From NCBI GenBank assembly GCA_028023455.1, contig JAQFVV010000005.1:1240001-1304000 (forward strand): a stretch of 64,000 nucleotides of DNA, written 5' to 3'. Numbering within the stretch: position 1 is the first letter of the stretch; each line of letters opens with the position of its first letter. A program made the translations under genes and the position numbers. A model generated the notes under the pieces. The model was given only the letters and a program-made list of their open reading frames with translations, ran no database searches and was not told the DNA's origin. Source of the DNA: Epiperipatus broadwayi (Eukaryota > Animalia > Onychophora). Positions 26,801-40,913 of the stretch are shown here, one piece after another.

Positions 26801-28254
26801 TAAGTGATAACGTCTACTTGGCAGCATATAATTATTATTTTCCAGCCCCTACAAATTTCCATGCTATGACTGTTCCCCCCCCCCTTCACATGTATGGAAT
26901 TGAACCAGAAATATTTGTTCATTAGCAAATCATTGAGCTAGCTGATCACCAGTCTTCGTCAATGAGTATATAAATATGTGTTAAATTAATTTACCTATAG
27001 TGCACACGCATGTATAAGAGAATATAATATTGCATCATGTTAAATGCCAATTCTGAATTGAATGCCAAAGTCACTTCGTATGACAAATTATTTTACTGGA
27101 AAGTTGTAACAAGTAAAAGCTTTTTACATTTTTTTTTTAAAACTTCCCCAAAGGAAATAAAATACTTCTACCATCTTGGAAATATTCTTGAATTTTGATT
27201 TGCTGCCTGTAATCTTCTCTCACTCATACTATCTTAAAGAAAAAGATTTAAACTGTTGGGATTTTGAATCGGATCTAATTGAGTACGATGACATTTTGAT
27301 TGAAATGCCTTTTTTAAGTTAATTTATTCACTTTTAGTTGAGTTGTATGTATTTTTTTAAAAAAAAAAGAAAGAGATCGTGCATGTAATGTATGAAGTTG
27401 ATTTAATTTTTGTTTTTGTGATACTAAAATCTTTATTTTTTTTTTAAATAAAAAGTTGCTTTTTCAACGCTTTTCATTAAACATTCCCGTCTGTTAAAAC
27501 AGTTTAATGTAATGCCATAGTAGTAAATAAATATTAACTATTTTTATTTATTTCTTTTAAATAATTAAATTTTAAATTCGTACTGCATTCATAGTTTGTT
27601 TATGGGTTGAAGGATATACCTATTAAACATTTTCTAGAGATTGCACGTTTTAGGATTTGGGGGAGGGGGGGGGGCAAGATAATCCATTCATTGCCTGTTG
27701 CATAACTGGCTTGTTGGTTAGAGCAAAATAATTTTGATTGGGACCTCTGCATATGTTCAAGAATAAAGTTTATAACATGTGAATGGTAGAGTTCTATAGA
27801 GAAATGACTATTTAGGTGTTACACAACACTTTTTTCTATGATGTTCATAGGTGTCATTGTCCACACAGTTCAATGTAGTGATAGGGTGATGAATTGAAAA
27901 ACTGAAGATCTTTGTATTAAATCACAACTTGTGTCTGTCTCATTGGCCTGCTCAAATATCATATGACTTTCTGAGCAATAAGCTATTCAGTCATTTTTTT
28001 AGATATGTTATTATCTTACATGAAGATTATTGGAGATTTATCCACTATAATTACTATCTGTTAAAGTGTAGCTTTTCCAAACGTAATTTTCTAATGAATT
28101 GTCTTATGTTTGTGGTTTGTAACTCACACGCACATGCAGTGTGTTTTGGGGAAGAGTTAGTCTTTGTCTTTGGTGTGCTTACATTTTAGAAAGGTCTCTT
28201 TTTAGTTAGGTATCTTATTATGCTTGAGTATATACATATAAACATGTATCATAT

Positions 28255-31165
28255 ACATGTGCAACAGATACCCTGGAGTCGATTTGAGCTTTCTAGGGAT
28301 CTATAGTTTTCATAAAAAAATTTGGGGGTCGATGACAGCAAAAATAGACCCTTTTACTACTGCTATTTATGTGTTACTGCAAAATATCTATGATTCCAAT
28401 AGATACCTAATTGAAAAGTAAAATAATTAAAAAAAAAACACTTTTTTGATAAAAATACATTACATACCAAACTTGCAAATGATAAGGTAAAATGTGTCAA
28501 GAGTCACATGTAAGGATGCATGAAAATACATGTAACACAAACACATTTGTGCATTGTCTTATCAAACTTATCAAAACAAATGCAGACATGAAAAACCATT
28601 GCATGTCCGCACTTCCTCATAGTGGGACAAGAAGATATTCGATATTAGCAGAATCTATCAGTCTTGTTCAGTCATGCTTTCATAAATTGATTTGTTTGAT
28701 GTGACATGTACTTATTTGTGATTTGAAGTTTGAATATAATTATTTACTAAGGAGCAGTACTACAAAAAAGAAAATCATAGGAGAGTTTATTTATTTGAGT
28801 TTGAACAAAAATCTTCTGTTTCAAGTAAGTACATACTTAATTTTTTTATCACAGAAATTATTAATAAAAGTTTTTATTTCTTATGATAATATGACAGAAC
28901 AAAAAAGAAATACAGACAGTACAGCTTGGACTATTTGAAGCTAGGATTTGTTCCATCATTTTCAAACAAACATTTACCAATGTGCTTCATATGTGAAAAA
29001 GTCTTAAGTAACAACACTATGAAACCATCAAAACTAGCAGATCACTTGAACAGAATTCACTCTGACAAAAAAAAAAAGTCATACTTTCAGTCACATAAAG
29101 ATAAAAGTCTGAAGAGAACTACAATAGATAAGTCTTGCATTGGTGGTCGAGAGGTCAGCGCGACTGCTTTGCAGTTGCCCAGGTTGCGGGTTCACGTCCC
29201 GGCCGATGCTATGACACTTAAAAAAAAAAAAACTACAATAGATAAGATGTTTGTTTCATCATCAAAGCAAAATGATTGTGGATCAAGGGCAACAAAAACA
29301 TATCCCTATTCATCATTAAGTCTAGAAAGCTGTACACCATAGTGGAGAAACTGATTCTAACAGCCGTCATGGAGATATTAGACATTGTATTCCGCAAACC
29401 TGCACAAGATGTTATAAAAAAGATTTCTTTGAGCAATAAAACAGTTCCAAAATATATCAATGAAATGAGTTGCAATGTGGAAAACTGTTTATGTAATCAT
29501 TTGCAAAAAAAAAAAAAAACATTTCCCCCCTCCAATTAAATGAGTCAAGCTTTACTTAAGATCAGGAAGTGCAAGAAGAACTGCTTTTTTTTTAGAACTT
29601 TAGAAACTGACACCAGAGGCGAATTGATTTTTAATTTAATGGAGCTATTTTTCAGGGAAAACGCGATTTGTTGCGACAGATGGAACACCAACTATGGTTG
29701 GTCGTTATCGCGGTTTGATAAGTTATCTGAAACAACACCTAAAGTGCTTGCAGTTCACTGCTTAATCCATATGCAACATTTAGTAGCCCAAGAATATTAG
29801 TGACAAATTGCATCAATCGCTTCAGTGAACAACATTCGAAGTAACGCCGTGAACACTAGACTGTTCACTCGATTATTCAAGGAAAGTGACAAAGATTTCC
29901 ACCAATTGGTTCGCCATACCAAAGTCTGCTGGCTTTCAAAGGGTTTATATTTGGTGAGATTTTTTGCACTTTTTCAATCTGTTTTAGTTTTTGGAAGATA
30001 GGGATTCCAGTTTGAAAGAAAATTTACTTAAGAATAAAACAGATATTGCTTATTTAACCAACTTATTTGGCAAATTTAATGATGTTATTTTACAACTGCA
30101 AGGAAGCAGTTTGAATCTCATCAAAGCAAAATCAGTCATATCGGCTTTTGTTGCCAGATTAATGTTTTTTAAGCAAAATATTGCAAGATCTGAACTTTCC
30201 CAGTTCCCCAACTTATTTAAAATAGGCATAATCCAAGAAGAAAACATCTTGCTGTATGTCAACCACTTGGAGGCTCTTCACTTAGATTTCAAAACTAGGT
30301 TCGAAGATATTTTAATCTTTGGAAATACCCCAGACTGAATAATAAACCTATATACTACTAGTACAGAACCAAATATACTTTTTCAAGATGAGCTGATAAC
30401 CATTAGTACGAATGAGGATCTCGAGCTATAATTAAAACAAAGTTATCAAAAGTTTTGGCTGTAACAAGATATTCCACTTCTATACCAGACTCTATGGACT
30501 GTTGTACAAAAGTATTTGCTGGCATTTCTGTAGTCATATCTAATAGAGAGAGGCTTCAGTGTAGTTTTAAATCTGCGTCAGAACAGACATTGATTGCATA
30601 TCAGTGAACGTGGAGATTTGAGAATGCAACTCACTAATTTAAAACCAGACAGATAAATTGTTGACAGATCACCAGGTGCATCCATCTCATTAAATTCAGT
30701 TTTCCAAGCTAATTTATTTGGCATTCTTATTTTTATAATTCTGATTAAAATCTTTCTTTGTTGTAATTTTGTTGATGTTTAATTCTGTCTGAATATGTTG
30801 ATTTTTTCACTTTTTTATGTTTAATAAAGTGATTTCAATATTTGTACTTATTTTGAATTTACATATTTATTTCATAAATATCAAAAATTAAAAAAAAACT
30901 CTGCTTTTTGCTTTAATTCTCAGTAGTGCAGGTTTCAATATTAAATGTTGCACAAGATAATGCCATATTCTATAGTCCTTTTATTTTTTTCAATCATTAA
31001 TTACATGGGATTAAATTGAAAAGTTTGATAGCTAGTGAAATATTTAATATCCAGTATTGAACAAATTTATTAATTTGAGTAAGTCAGGTAAATGACTAGG
31101 AAGTTGACGATCTTAAAAGTTTTTGGTAAAGGGGTCTGCAGACGAAAAAAGTTTGGGAACTCTTG
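28255..31165 (+). mobile_element. Decayed hAT DNA transposon (Charlie/SPIN/SCAND3-ZBED-like transposase)
   Basis: Frameshifted remnants: PMCFICEKVLSNNTMKPSKLADHL (BED-type finger), VHCLIHMQHLVA, HTKVCWLSKG, AYLTNLFGKFNDVILQLQG, ERGFSVV. Right TIR-like gtttgggaactcttg at 31151-31165. The left end is approximate. Confidence 0.9.
29133..29230 (+). mobile_element. tRNA-derived SINE or retroposed tRNA-like RNA inserted in the hAT transposase
   Basis: GCATTGG...CCGATGC acceptor stem; A-box-like TGGTCGAGAGG; B-box-like GGTTCACGTCC; poly(A). Perfect 16-bp TSD aactacaatagataag at 29117-29132 and 29231-29246. Confidence 0.9.
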
Positions 31166-34100
31166 ACTTAAACTAACAATTTTTTCTTTCTATATATGTT
31201 GTTTGGTATGTGGAACAGGCGACATCATCAACTCTTCGTGTTTCCAAGTTTTTATTTTAACAAATTAATTTTTATTCTTAATTTGATTTCTTAAAATCAC
31301 AATTTTAAAAATAAAAATCATTCTTAAAACTAATATTTCAACTTTGTATTTGTTGATAAATAATTTATTTGGAACAAAAATAAAATTCATTTAAATTCCA
31401 TTTTTAAATTCAAAGCAGTTTGTGTCAAGAGTATATAATCATCAAAATTGTGCTTTAAAATATAAAATTTCACTTGGTAGTTTTAAAAATAGCATAAAAA
31501 TAACAGCTAGAATGGTTATAGGAGCATTCTATTTCAACCAATCACAACTTTCCTGTTTATGAAATTACATTTTTTTTTTTATACTTATATTCTTTTATAA
31601 GCAAAACATTTGATTTTCATTTTTAAAATTTTAACAAAAATGAGTGCTCATAAGAGAGCTCTTGTAGCTCAGAACAGAGAAAAACTACCACTCCCTGGCA
31701 TATTTGGCTTGTTTATATTATATGTATTTTAGCTTCCGTTTGTATTATCAAATGAATGCAAAACTAGCAAATGAATATTATGAATAACTGCAAGAAATCA
31801 AATTTAAACTGACGCAAGTGAAAGACCACTACCCAGTATATATGTGGTTCTTAATATTAATGGGAAAGATAATATAGTTTAGGATATCTATTTTATGTAT
31901 ATAAATTTTAACAAATTAGAAAAAAATTATTTGTTAGATAAATAGGAAAGCCTATTAGCTATCGCCAGAGAATGTATATTGTATATTTTTTGTATTAGTC
32001 TTATTCTTTTCTCTCTTTTTTGTAATAACTATTTTCCACTTGATTCTCCTTTGTGTACCACTTTTTTTTTTATGATTTCAATATCTCTCTATCATATGTT
32101 TATTATCATTCATCTTAATATTTTTTATTAAATATTGTAAGAGATTGTTTTTTGACGATGATCATAATAATAAAATTGTGCTTGATTATCTATTAGATCT
32201 ACTCAGTATAGCCATTCATAAATAAATAGAGATTCTGTAATTCTGAGAAATGGGAAAAAAGATATTGGAAAAGTTAAATATGATTTTTTTTATAATAACT
32301 ATACAAACCAATCTTTGAACCAAATATATATTTATGTAGACCACATGCTGTTACATTAATCTGATTAGTTACTATCTTGCAATACTATCTTTTTAGTTTG
32401 TCTACAATTATTTTATTTAATATATTGATAACTTATCTCATTGCACTTTCCATTGTTTTCTATCTTCAGTTGATATTGTCCTAATAAAAAAAAAAGGCAT
32501 ATAGTTTTATTGCTCAGTTCATAAGAAGTTTAGGTGCAAGAATCAATCTGGGGATTTCCCATCCCAAATTGGACATCCTACCATCTATGCCAAAATGCAT
32601 AGGGTATATTCTAATGAAAGCAATTAATACTGCATCCATTCAGAGCATCATTTTTATAACATATGAATGTTGTCATTGTCACAAAAATTATGTTTTAGTT
32701 CTTTATAATTTTTTTTTAGATAAATATGACTCGTCTGTTTTATGAAGATATATGCCATATCATGACATCTGATAAGCTGAAGTACATAGTTTTATTGTCC
32801 CTGCCATTAGATTTCCAGAATAACACAAAGTATTTTTAAAAGAAAAATTTTCCCGTGACTTTATTTTATGTTGTTTGTAGATACGATTCCCATGATTCCC
32901 ATCTCACTTCGTCTCTAAATTTGTAGAATATTATATCTCATTAGAATTTGTACCACTTCAAAACCCATCTTTCCTTCTGCTTAAAAACTTATCAGCATTA
33001 TATTTCACATGATCCACATTGCAAGTCAAATGTTGCTGAACGATTTTTTTTCCATCCACTAGTTTTTAAAGCATTTGATACCATAAACCTAGACAGTATT
33101 TTTTAAAGGGCAAGGCATAATCTCTATATCATTCTTTGAATTGACAAGAACCACACAATCTTCATTATCCTGTAAATCAAGAAGTGTTTGTTTTTAATTA
33201 ATTCATATTAAAGACTTAATTTATTGCAACTTGATAATCTACTTTTGGAATCCTCATAGCTGTGTAGTGTTTAATGACCACTGCTATAAAAATGAAATGC
33301 TACATCTGTTTTAAATGGTTCATATTTTCGCTCTCCTCAAAAATGCTTCCTCTCACATCTTCACACAGTAACTAAATAAACATCACATGATTAAATAAGA
33401 GAGTGAATTCTATGAAGAAGTAGCTATTTTCAAACATTGCTCTAAATTTTTTACAATGCCTTATACAAAATATGTTTTTCTAGCAGCAAAAATCTTATCT
33501 ATAAATATTTTTTGATTCTGTAGAATCATTGCGTTTATGATTGATTGGAAGCAATGTAGTCGGTAAACTCTTTTTTTTATTTATAATTGATAACAATCTA
33601 GATAGATACTCCTTGATAATTACTCTTTTTAAATTAAAACAAGTATTCTTTAAAAAAAAAAAAAAAATCGAGCTTACAATTTAATGGACCTAAATACTTT
33701 TCAAACTTATCCGAAATTGAAAATTTTTTTTAAAGTTAATTTTGACCCACCCATCTCAATTCTCCTAATGATTTCGAATGACGTAATTTCCAGGTAATTA
33801 TTTAGATAATTATATTAAATGAATAAATTGAATTATATATTGCATGATTAAAATGAATCAAATTAACTTTTCAGATTAGAACTTTTTTTTTTTTTGTTTA
33901 AAAATCATTTTACATTTCAAGACAGGGCCTTTCTTTTAACCTTACTCATTTAAAATTTTATATAATTTTTTTTGTAACGACAGAGAAGAGGTGAAGTTTA
34001 AATGAGAGGCCGATGTCTACCTTTTTTTATTATTATTATCCACTTAATTGCTTTTTTGTTTTACTATTTCTTTAAAAAAAAGTTTGAAGAAATTAAAAAA

Positions 34101-34264
34101 AAAAAATTAGAGCTATATTTTTCTTTAAAGAAATAAAATCTTTTTTTGCCTTCATTATATATGGCATAGGCAGGTATATTGTATTTTAGTCATCCTTATC
34201 TATAATTCCCACAGCAACAATTTCAATTATCCGCGATGTGGGGAAAACAACAAGTATTAAATAA

Positions 34265-34660
34265 CAGCGTTTCAAATCTTACACATTAAACCTGCATTCT
34301 GCCCATCGCTCTTCTATGTATTTAAATGGATACTGGCCTATACATGAGGGGTCAGAGGTCAACATCGGCATAACAATAATATTGGCATCAGCATGGATTT
34401 GGGCATTCTATCATCAGATTTTCAATGGTATTGATGGCTAAAGAGTTGGAGTAGATTGAAGCTTGTCTATTAAAGTATAAAGATTTGCTATCTTAATATA
34501 AACTGAGCACTGATTATATACGTGTGTGGGAGATGATAACCTTGGCCAACCAACGAGTGCTGATTCAACACAAATTATGTCTATTGGTGATTATTATATT
34601 TTGTACATGTGTGTGGTCATGTTTAGTGTGGATAGTTGAAGGGTGCTTGAAAGTCTGGAA
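34265..34660 (+). mobile_element. Hammerhead-bearing repeat, near full-length copy E (core decayed to CCAACGA)
   Basis: Colinear similarity over ~400 bp with the reverse complement of 57735-58175; ribozyme remnant at 34545-34588. Confidence 0.85.
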
Positions 34661-35499
34661 ACTAACTACCTTTGAAACGCTATGAATTGCGAATATTTTA
34701 TAAACACTGATAAAACCCTTATTTAGAGTTTACTTTTAACTAAACCTACAGAATGCGATATCATTAAACTGTCAGATCTTTAAATTGGTTTATTATTATA
34801 TATGTGTGTAAGTTAATTAAAAATACATATTCTAACATAATTCTCCATTACCTGTGAATTTTGATTTCTAATACATGGTGTGACATCAGACATCATGGAT
34901 ACAAGGATCTTCTGTAAATAAATAAGTTTTATTATTTTGAACATTGCTGTGTGCTCGGGGTTATTTTCGATAATACCAGCAAGCATCAATTTTAAATAAG
35001 TAACAACTAAACCAAATTTATTTATTTATGCTGGTAAATGAAAATAATAATGTAATCTACTTTACTTTTGAAAAATGATTAATAACAGTTTGACGTAAGG
35101 AATAAATATCATCATCCACAGCAAATACACAATGCAATCCGTTTAACTTGAGTTTCCATTAACTCGTATTTTATTTACAATAAAATAACCTAGCAGAAGA
35201 CATCTTATCACCAATTTTAGTCAGTCTTTTACTTGGGCTGACGGATTTCATTTTCTGTATTAATCTATAAAAACAGCTCTGTGTTAGCTCAAGCTTTTCG
35301 TTCTTATTAGAAACTTCATTATCTCTCAACTCGCCGGTTTTAACAAAATTATTAGTTAATTTTTTTCATTTTTTATAGATATGCTAATTTTCTAGAGTGC
35401 ACATTTTAGTGGAAGTAAATAATAATGTACAATCTGCATGCAATTACAAATTTTCAATAAACTTTCTCTACAATAATAACATATGCGCACAGTCAGTGC

Positions 35500-37700
35500 A
35501 TACCTCACTCACTATAAAATAATCCTCAAATCTCTCCTGCCTTCAGCAATTTCTCACATGTCTAGGAAGAGACAAAGATCTTTCTTCATCACACTCTGCA
35601 ATTATATATCAATTTGATTTGACGGTCTTGGTGCTAAAGCATCTTCCCCCAACCAGCCAGACTATTATTGGGCGTTTCTACATTTTGTCCTGCTGAGGAG
35701 GTATCTTCATATTCCTCATTTTCACTAGATTCTGATTTGATATGGTTCTAGTATAAGTTTGCCATTTTCTATATTTGATATATCACAAATGCCAATGTAG
35801 ATGATTTACATGTCTCCTCATCTGTATCTGTAGTCCATTTTCTAACTTTATCATTTTAATTACTTTAGATACTATTTTAACTATAACACTAGGGATCCAT
35901 TTCCTTTTTACAGTATTTTTGATCCACATAAACTCATTAACTTGAAATTTTTCGAAATGAAGATACACTTTGACTTTGAATTTCTCACTGTCTGAATTAT
36001 TTTTCCTTGTTACGTTGATCACTGGCAATAGTTTTGACAAATGTGTTCTGCACTTTTGCTGCAGTAATAATTCTGTTAGCGTTTTCAAAATAGACACACT
36101 TGGAATGAAATATTGGTAAAACATAGTTTCTACCAATGCTTGTTTAATATCTAGTTGATGTTATCTTGAGCATAGATTTTAAATATTGCACAACCTTTCA
36201 GCCACTCCATTTGGTTCTAGGTAATAGAGTGGAGTTAAAATGTGGTGTATTTCTTTGTCTGTCAAATACCTTTCAAACTGTAAAAGTAAATTCAGTTCCA
36301 TTATATCTGATGGAAGAATTTTTTGATAACCATGGGTGGAAAACTTCTTCGAGGGCTTTAATTATATACTCAGTACTAGTGATTTTCTATTTATAGGACC
36401 AGCATGATCAATGTAGATGCTTTGCCAAGGATTTTTTTTACTCTTGTCATGATTTAAATGTTTTCTTAGGTAAATCCACTGTAGACTGGCATTCAGTACA
36501 ATTTTTTACTGTTTGGATTTTGAAATTCCTTTTTCTAACATTATTAACATGCTTTGTGGCTCCTTGCAATTTGCAATATCCTTGTAAATTGTCTTTTTTT
36601 CATTCTCTCAATTAGAAATTCCTAAAGGTCTGACCCAATTTCTGCCTAATAAAGGGTTTATGTTCCTCTTCACTATAAGTAAAGGTAGCACTTTTAAGAC
36701 TAGTATTGCATTTCGCTAGTACTATAACTTTTCCATTTATATCTATAGCTAGTACATCTGTATTTTTCAACTTCCATTTGTGTTTGTTTTACCACTAATT
36801 ATATTACATTATTTTAGTGATAAGATATATAATCCCACACCACTGCCCACTTCCTCATTTATTTTTCATTCTCACAAATGGTCACATCTAGCATAATATA
36901 GTCATTATCTATGTTCTTTATTTTTCTGACATTTTCCTTTTTCCTAACTCCACCTCTTAATTTTAAGTCTGGATATGGTTTATCTTTTAAACTAATGTCT
37001 TTTTGACAGCAGACACCAGCAAAATGTTCTTTAACATTACCTGTATGGCATTTTTCTGCTTTCAATCTGCAAATCTTTTCAATGTGTTTTTTTGTACCAC
37101 AACAATAACATCAGATTATTCTTTGAAATTGCACTAAGTTTATGCTTTATTTACATGAATTGAGTTATTCTGCACACTTGTTAAAGCTTGAAATTCGGAC
37201 ACATTGTCTAATACAGTCTCTTGTGCAAGACACTATGCAATTGCTATTTTATATATCGGGGCTGGTTTACTTAGTAAAAAAAATTTTTATGTTATAATCT
37301 GATATTCTATACAACAATTGGTCCAACATATTTTCTAGCTCACATTGTTTAGCCAGTGTTCACAATTCTAATTTATAATCATGATACTTCTCATAATTAC
37401 CTTTCCTCATTCTAAAATGTAGCTGAACCACCCATTTTGATGCTACTAGTTGAAAGTACATATTAAATCTTTATATGGAATATCCTCGAGATTCTTAGGA
37501 TCATAGTTGTTTAGCTATCTATAGAATGTCACTACCCGACTTTATTTATGAATGTGTAACACTTAATATATTCTGTGTTGCTGCATTATTTATATTCATG
37601 AATATTATGACTACAGTGCCGTCATTAATGTTTAAATCATTCATTTTGATTAACATGCCAGCTAAGTATTAATTATCAACTTGACCTCATTTTTTTACTG
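35500..37700 (-). mobile_element. Degraded, internally deleted Ty3/Gypsy retrotransposon (gag, protease, integrase C-terminus)
   Basis: Gag double zinc knuckle CYCCGTKKHIEKICRLKAEKCHTGNVKEHFAGVC; protease-end motif LLGRNWVRPLGIS; integrase C-terminus WIKNTVKRKWIPSVIVK...RRHVNHL; terminal LPRHVRNC*RQERFEDY. Confidence 0.85.
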
Positions 37701-38030
37701 AAAGTATAGCACTTTAGCTGCCGTGATTGACAAAAATCACAAAATATTACCTAGATTGACTAAAAACCAAAGAATTTTAGTGCAATCTTGCATTGATTGA
37801 TTCCATAATTTAGTTTTAGTTTTGTCCATAGATGGCAGGAATAATTAAAAAATTAATGTTTCTATAAGCATTTTCTTCAATTTTAAATTCATCTTTAAGA
37901 ATTTAATGCATAAAATAATTGTAAAAATGAAATATTTGTATTTTGAAAATATATATTTTGATATATCTAAACTTTTAACTCATTACTTTTTTCCTCATTT
38001 TTTTAGTAAAATCAGATTATAAACTTTTTT

Positions 38031-39640
38031 TGGTTGCCGCTTGTCGGCGTTGTTTATGTGTTAAAACAATAAAATATAATACTACCGGGCCACAATTTTA
38101 AAAATACGGCGACTTTTTTTGATCTCTTAAATTTTTTCTACTCCATCTTTTAATATTCCATTTTTAGTGGGTTTTTTTTTTTTTTTTGGCTATACGGGCG
38201 ATTTTTTTTTTTTTGTTTTTAAAATCAATTTTTATTATCTTTTTTTAAAAATAAAATAACTTTTGTCTCTAACTTTTAAAAAGTATTTCTCAATACATTC
38301 CCCCAATCCCAGATAAAATAAGATCAAAACTTCTGACTTTTTCATGCTTCATTTTCTTTTTGTTTGTTTGTTTAAAAATATGGCCACTTTTTTTTTGGCC
38401 TATAAGGTGAATTTTGTTTTGCTTTTATTTGTATACCGCTGATGTACTAAAACTTATTTTTAAAACCAATTTTTATTACCTTTTTTACTAAATAAAAACA
38501 AACCAAAAATAACTTTTGTCTCAGTGAAGACAAACTATTTCTCAATCCACTCCCCCCCCCCCCCAAAAAAAAAAAATTAAAATAAGATCTTTTTTGGCTT
38601 TAACTTTTATTTTTGAAATAATTTTTATAACCTTTTTTAAAAATAAAAACAATCAAAAAAATAATTTTTACAAAGTATTTCTCAATCCACCCCCTCATCC
38701 CCAAATTAAAATAAGATCAAAACTTTAGACTTTTTCAAGTTATTTTTTTTTTGTTTAAAAATATGGCCACTTTTTTTTAGCTTATAAGGCGATTTTTTTT
38801 AAAACTTTATTTGTATACCACTGATATACAAACAAACAGAAAATAACTTTGGTCTCTATCTTTTGTCTCAGTGAAGACAAAGTATTTCTCAACCCACTAT
38901 TAATTACATTTTTTGATCCTTTTAACACCCCAGCACAAAAAAAAATTACAATAACATCAAAACTTCAGACTTTTACACATTTCGTTTTATTTTTCAGATT
39001 TAAAATACGGCAACTTTTTTTTTTGGCTGTACAGTGATTTCAGTTAACGCGATTTCTATTTTCTCCTTACTATTAATGACATTTTTTGATCCTTTTATTT
39101 TTTCTTACTACGTCTTTAATATTTAGGTTTTAGGACTAGAATACATTCATTTGCAGGAGCCTGACTGACATCGATAAGTGGCACAATTTGTGCGCCATTT
39201 TATTTGTCTCATATAATTTCTCGCAAAAGCATGAGTTTTCACATGAGCTCGCCCAAAATGTGTTCGTCCGTACCCTTTCCCAATATTTTGCAAATTCCAC
39301 TTGTGTAGGGAAGGGTGGGGGACAGTGTGACAATTCTTAGTGAGTCAAACTGCGTGATCTTAAATAGAAATTAAATTACTCTGCTATGGAGATATCAAAA
39401 CTTGTACCACTTGAAATCCAAACAACTTCAGACGATATGGTAGCAATCACTAAATTGTGCAAATTTGCATAGTGTCATGAAGCCCAAAACAGGCCTTAAT
39501 ATTTCTGTGCAAAGCTATCAAGTGGCTTTCAATGGCTAAGATAAACACAACAGTTTTCTTTAGCCGAAAGTGCCAAGCCGTGGAAACAGCATTTTTATGT
39601 GTTTTAACACATAAACAACGCCTTCAAGCGGACGTGACCA
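38031..39640. mobile_element. Non-autonomous TIR element with internal ~250-380-bp tandem repeats
   Basis: 31-bp inverted repeat (2 mismatches) at 38037-38067 and 39601-39631. The motif aaaatatggccacttttttt... recurs about four times between 38100 and 39040. Confidence 0.75.
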
Positions 39641-40586
39641 ACTATCAAAAGACAACCCTTTTTTTTATATAAAGTTCGTTTGACTTTTTTTTTTATGAAT
39701 AATAATAAATATGTAAAAAAGTAATTTTATTTTGCAACAAACTATTCTAACTGAAGGCTATATATACGAACAATGACTTGCTTAACTTTAACTCCATTTC
39801 AGATCAATATTGTTGGAAGTAAGGTGCTAAGCATTGAGTCCCAATTTTAGAACAATTTATTTTTAGCATTTTGGTTTAGATTAGTCTCATCAGTAAAATA
39901 GCTTACTATTCTGAATGTAAGTCTTATGAATTTATATCAGTATTTGTTTATCAATATCTGCACTTACACGCTATACCATTAAGTGCAGATATTAATAAAT
40001 TACCGTTGTGAAAGGAAAATGCATTATATATTTCAAATTAATGTTTGTTACAACTACTATTAGAATAAATAATTGTATAGAGTATCTTGCTATTAAACTC
40101 AAGATCATAAATTCATATATTATTATTGGAACAAATACTAGCATGTTTAATAGAATGGCTATTATTGAGCAGTTTCACTACTTTAAAAAAATCTGTGATG
40201 ATTGCTGAAATGAGCTAAATAGGTAATGGTTTACTACTGAGTACAAGTTCACTTGCATCCATTGCAATTATTACCAGAATAAATACGTTAGTACGGTAAC
40301 TGACCTCTAATCTCAATTATATATGAGTATAGATATAACTTTGTTAGGATGAGCATAGTAACTACACAGGTCATGAGTTCAAATCCTGAATTTTTTTTTA
40401 ACAGTAATTATCTGCTTACTATTTTATCTTAAATATGATATCCTTGTATGTCAGTAATTTAAAATTAATCATTCTACTTTTTTTTTTTTTTGCTTTTAAA
40501 AGTAAGATGGAATTGTAATTCTATATAGAGTAATCGTCTCTTTTTACTAGTACCTTACTTATAATATTAAACAGCATTGTTAAATA

Positions 40587-40758
40587 TGAGGATATTCTTG
40601 CCAGCCACAAAATAAAGACAGAAAATAAGTGGATGATTTATATACATTTAGTCTTTCACTTCAAGACACTTAAGATTGACTTATATAAGGTTTAAAAATA
40701 AAACTTATTCTTATTTTCCCAAAGTCTATATTTTGTGGCTGGTGCAAGAGTGTCCTCA
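40587..40758. repeat. Inverted repeat (~30-bp arms) just upstream of the GAPDH acceptor
   Basis: tgaggatattcttgccagccacaaaata / tattttgtggctggtgcaagagtgtcctca. Confidence 0.85.
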
Positions 40759-40913
40759 CATTAGTGAGAAGAGAATCATCTAAATAGAATTAAGATAGAA
40801 TTGATATATTTTAGTAATGGAATTTGTATATAAGCTTTAGTTACAATAAAATATGTATTTATATATATATATTTCATTTTGTTAATATTGGTTTTTTATG
40901 TTTGTTTGTTTAG

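Noticed and set aside
27885-27975. TGATGA...CTGA box C/D snoRNA-like arrangement
   Set aside because: No terminal stem and no recognisable rRNA/snRNA antisense element.
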